NCBI GenBank assembly: GCA_016926735.1
Contig: JAFGOA010000031.1
Span: 1-44,122, forward strand
DNA: 44,122 bases
Direction: 5' to 3'
Source of the DNA: Promethearchaeota archaeon
GTDB taxonomy: Archaea; Asgardarchaeota; Lokiarchaeia; Sigyniarchaeales; SOKP01
The notes beneath the pieces are model-generated. The model saw only the letters and a program-made list of their open reading frames with translations, ran no database searches and had not been told where the DNA came from. Shown piece after piece: positions 40,621-44,122 of this stretch (positions are counted from its first letter, which is position 1; each line of letters opens with the position of its first letter). Both the position numbers and the translations under genes were made by a program.

Positions 40621-40779
40621 TTAATCTAATGAATACCAGTGCCTACAAATAGCGCATTGACGAATTTTTATATATTTTACATTACCATTATTTTTTATAG
40701 ATAGTTTCCTATCAATCATATTAAATCCACATTTATGACATGTATATGCTTCATGCAATTCTGTTTTTGGGGATGTCAT
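40621..40779 (-). CDS. Zn-ribbon microprotein, 52 aa (not in ORF track)
   Basis: Manual translation MTSPKTELHEAYTCHKCGFNMIDRKLSIKNNGNVKYIKIRQCAICRHWYSLD*; two CxxC; GAGGAG 5 nt before the ATG. Confidence 0.8.
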   Translation of the reverse strand: MTSPKTELHEAYTCHKCGFNMIDRKLSIKNNGNVKYIKIRQCAICRHWYSLD

Positions 40780-41223
40780 TATTTCTCCTCATTGTATTAC
40801 ATTATTTTATTAATTTCACTATGAACAATTTTAGAATAAAATATAAAAAACCTTAATATATTTATAAACTCAATTTATTTAAATGTATGTTTGAATAAAA
40901 ATTTTGTTATCAATCTCCTTATAGTGTTTATAAGTTTTATTATCTCAAATAAATAATTATTTTTAAGAATACTTAGATAATTTACATTCTTTTTAATAAA
41001 AATTGATGAAAAAAAATCTTTAATTTTGATTTAATCTAAATAAAAATTAAAATCAATATATTTGTCTAAAATTTTAAAAAATTAGAATTTTTAAAAGTAA
41101 TTGGGTTTTATTTAATTTCAGCAAATAAATTGATAACCTAAGATAAGAATAGATTCTGTTTTGAGAAATAATCTTAATAATAACTCTATATACTATATTA
41201 TTTTATAAGAATAAACAATAAAA

Positions 41224-41778
41224 TTATGTAAGTTTTAAAAAGTCTGCATCAGTGACAATTCCAATATATTTATCGAATTTTTTTACTAAAACTGCTGAAT
41301 ATCTTAATAAAATATTAGAAACATCCTTTAAACTCCAATTATATTCAACTTCAGGAAAAGGAAGTTCTTTTAAAACCATTATATTTACATTTAATATATC
41401 TAAATTATCTATTATTAATTTTTGTGCTTTTTTTGAAGTAATACTTCCCAAATTACGATCATTTTCAATTATTGGTAATTGAGAGATATTATGTTTATTC
41501 ATTAATGAGATTGCGTCTTTTAATTTTGAATTTGTTTCGATAAAAATTAGTTTTTTTGTAGCAATATCTTCAATTTTTTTTGATGCTTTATTCATTTTTT
41601 TTCTCTCATTATTTAAATATTCAAAAATCATTTTCACTTTGGAGTATGGTGGATCTTCTAATCCATTTTCAATTCTAGAGAATGAAGATTGTGAAATGTT
41701 GCACATTTGACTGATCTTTAATTGACTTAAATGAAGCTTTTTACGTAAATCTTTTATCTCTCCTAAATTTGGCAACAT
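41224..41778 (-). CDS. XRE-HTH + CBS-pair transcriptional regulator
   Basis: LRKKLHLSQ..SQSSFSRIENG..P; CBS motifs ISQLPII and GIVTDAD. Confidence 0.88.
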   Translation of the reverse strand: MLPNLGEIKDLRKKLHLSQLKISQMCNISQSSFSRIENGLEDPPYSKVKMIFEYLNNERKKMNKASKKIEDIATKKLIFIETNSKLKDAISLMNKHNISQLPIIENDRNLGSITSKKAQKLIIDNLDILNVNIMVLKELPFPEVEYNWSLKDVSNILLRYSAVLVKKFDKYIGIVTDADFLKLT

Positions 41779-41786
41779 AAATCAAA

Positions 41787-41821
41787 ATGCATCTCCTGCA
41801 TATATTATGCACTTTATGAAT
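41787..41821. promoter_or_regulatory. Tandem operator-like boxes ATGCA-N5-TG(C/A)AT
   Basis: ATGCA-TCTCC-TGCAT-ATATT-ATGCA-CTTTA-TGAAT in the divergent spacer, 20-bp period. Confidence 0.5.
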
Positions 41822-41909
41822 AAAAATAATTTAAACCTTTATAAAGTATTCCATTTTTCATATGTTAAGTTAAATTAAATTTTAGAGCATAATAACATTA
41901 GGTGACAAA

Positions 41910-43382
41910 ATGACTAAAACTTATGAGGAAATTAATAATAAAATAAAAAATGGCAATGTAGTTGTAGTCACAGCTGAAGAAATGATAAAATTTGTTGAAC
42001 AAAATGGACCAAAAGTAGCTGCTGAAGAAATAGATGTTGTAACAACAGGCACTTTTGGGCCGATGTGCTCAAGTGGGGCATTCCTTAACTTTGGTCATTC
42101 AGATCCCCCGATAAAGTTCGAACATTTATGGTTAAATGACGTTCATGCTTATCATGGTAATGCAGCGGTTGACTGCTATATTGGAGTGACTCGGATGGTA
42201 GATATTAGACCTTTTGAATATGGCGGAGGTCATTTAATTGAAGATCTTGTAGCAGGAAAAAAAATAAGATTAAGAGGAAATTCATATACAACAGATTGTT
42301 ATCCATTATCTGAAATTAATACTGAATTTTCTATTGATGATCTAAATCAAGCTATATTGTGTAATCCAAGAAATGCATATCAAAGATATGTATGTGCAGT
42401 AAATAGTACTGATAGAACTCTTTATACTTATATGGGTAAATTACTCCCAAATTTTGGAAATGCTCATTTTGCTGGAGCTGGTGAATTAAGTCCTTTAAGT
42501 AATGATCCCGATTATGAGACTATAGGTATTGGTACAAGAATTTTTCTTGGTGGAGGAATTGGATATGTACTTGGAGAAGGAACTCAACATAATCCAAAAG
42601 GGAGATTTGGGACTCTTTTTGTAAAAGGAGATTTAAAACAAATGTCTCCAGAATTTCTTAGGGGAGTCACCTATCCTAAATATGGTAGTTCCATGTGTGT
42701 TGGTATTGGAATTCCCATACCAATTTTAAATGAAGGATTAGCGTTAAAGACAGCAATAAATAATTCGGAAATCTTAACAGATATAGTAGATTATGGTGTT
42801 CCCAGAAGAAATAGACCAAATATTAGACAAATTTCATATAAAGAATTATATAGTGGTGAAATAGATATAAATGGAAAGAAGGTAAAATGTTCTTCTTTAT
42901 CATCTCTATATCATGCGAGAAAAATAGCCAGTGAATTAAAAAATTGGATTAAAAAAGGAAAATTTCTTTTAAATCCTCCTGCGGAAACATTACCTACTGA
43001 TAGTAATTATAAACCTATGAGACAAACTATAAAACTCAAATTTGTAAAAGATCTGAAAAAGAAAGCGGTGATTTGCTATGAAGATTGTGAAATTAAAAAA
43101 GTAGCAGAAAGGATAATTGACAAAAATACAAATCATATCATCATTACTACTCATGATAATAAATTAAGAGGAATTGTTACCAGTTTTGATATCACAAAAG
43201 CAATAGCTCAAGATAAAACTGAAATAAAAGAAATTATAACAAAAAGAGTGATTACAACTACGGATAATGAACCAATTGATGTAGCTGCAAGAAAAATGAA
43301 ACAACATGAAATTTCTGCTCTACCTGTTATAGATGATCAAAATAATGTATTAGGAATAATTAGTTCAGAGGAGTGGATGTAA
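41910..43382 (+). CDS. L-aspartate semialdehyde sulfurtransferase (homocysteine biosynthesis, MJ0100/MA1821 family) with CBS pair
   Basis: DVVTTGTFGPMCSSGA, YGGGH, NPRNAYQ, TYMG, ELSPL.NDP; C-terminal CBS domains. Confidence 0.92.
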   Translation: MTKTYEEINNKIKNGNVVVVTAEEMIKFVEQNGPKVAAEEIDVVTTGTFGPMCSSGAFLNFGHSDPPIKFEHLWLNDVHAYHGNAAVDCYIGVTRMVDIRPFEYGGGHLIEDLVAGKKIRLRGNSYTTDCYPLSEINTEFSIDDLNQAILCNPRNAYQRYVCAVNSTDRTLYTYMGKLLPNFGNAHFAGAGELSPLSNDPDYETIGIGTRIFLGGGIGYVLGEGTQHNPKGRFGTLFVKGDLKQMSPEFLRGVTYPKYGSSMCVGIGIPIPILNEGLALKTAINNSEILTDIVDYGVPRRNRPNIRQISYKELYSGEIDINGKKVKCSSLSSLYHARKIASELKNWIKKGKFLLNPPAETLPTDSNYKPMRQTIKLKFVKDLKKKAVICYEDCEIKKVAERIIDKNTNHIIITTHDNKLRGIVTSFDITKAIAQDKTEIKEIITKRVITTTDNEPIDVAARKMKQHEISALPVIDDQNNVLGIISSEEWM

Positions 43383-43783
43383 AAATGACAATAATAAATA
43401 CAACTGTACCTTTAGGATTGATAAAAAATATAGACGATTATTCAAGAATAATTAATGAAATATTGAAACATGATGTTTCTTTTAATATTCTTAAATTTTC
43501 AACAACTTCTGAAGGAATAAACTTATTATTAGATGTACCTGAAGAAAAAATTAAAACTATAACAGAATCACTTACAAAAAATAATATTCTTGTTAATAAA
43601 AAAGGAAGAGTAATTGTTGATAAAAATTTATGCATTAATTGTGGTTCATGTATAAGTCTTTGTCCTACAGATGCATTACACTTTAAAGAGGATCTACAAC
43701 TTGAATTTTCTGAAGATAAATGCATAGGATGTCTTTTATGTATTGATTCATGTCCTAGGTTTGCAATTCAAGAGAGTCGATAA
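43373..43783 (+). CDS. NIL-like domain + 2[4Fe-4S] ferredoxin (MA1822/MJ0099-like partner)
   Basis: CINCGSCISLCP and CIGCLLCIDSCP; overlaps or abuts the sulfurtransferase stop. Confidence 0.85.
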   Translation: MDVKMTIINTTVPLGLIKNIDDYSRIINEILKHDVSFNILKFSTTSEGINLLLDVPEEKIKTITESLTKNNILVNKKGRVIVDKNLCINCGSCISLCPTDALHFKEDLQLEFSEDKCIGCLLCIDSCPRFAIQESR

Positions 43784-43947
43784 TAGATAATTATAATTAT
43801 TTATTAATAAAATGAAATATAAACACATTAATCGTTATGTTCTTTTCTTATTCTTTTTCTTCTATAAATTGCTTTTTTGGAAATATTATTTCAACTCTTT
43901 ATTGAAATTTCATAAAAACTTATAATTTTTTATAAAAATCATAAAAA

Positions 43948-44031
43948 TCATCTCCCTCCCTTATTTTAAATATTGATCTCACTTAAAATAAAAGTAATTC
44001 ATATATTATGTTATAACAAGGAGGGAGATGA
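43948..44031. repeat. Inverted repeat TCATCTCCCTCC...GGAGGGAGATGA
   Basis: Perfect 12-bp GC-rich arms (43948-43959 and 44020-44031), with imperfect extension inward. Confidence 0.7.
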
Positions 44032-44122
44032 AAAGACAAGTATCGAAAATAAAATCATTGGAATTAAATAGCTTAAATTAGAACTTCTCAACGATAAATA
44101 CTGTCAATATTTCCTCTTACAA

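Overview
Very AT-rich archaeal chromosomal window, most consistent with Asgard archaea (Lokiarchaeia-like). The basis is a Rab-like small GTPase, a gelsolin-domain protein, a 7TM-longin-like fusion, many Zn-ribbon proteins and archaeal core genes (cdc6/orc1, xerA, HdrA-MvhD, MJ0100/MJ0099-type homocysteine synthesis pair). It holds about 40 genes, including a type A RNase P RNA (1994-2323, minus) and two Zn-ribbon microproteins missed by the ORF track (515-625, 40621-40779). I saw no CRISPR array, rRNA or tRNA. The best candidate for an undescribed system is a tandem pair of vWA + C4HC3 RING/PHD-like paralogues (TFIIH p44/p34- or vWA-RING E3-like architecture), divergent from a large wHTH/helical/PLD-like protein. 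Other leads are a gelsolin with a duplicated C-terminal domain, a cytosolic IFT52-like GIFT protein, a wHTH + 7TM-longin pair, an HTH-CBS regulator with a phased operator beside the homocysteine genes, a TrxR lacking NADPH motifs and several structured intergenic elements. All assignments come from motif reading; no database search was run.
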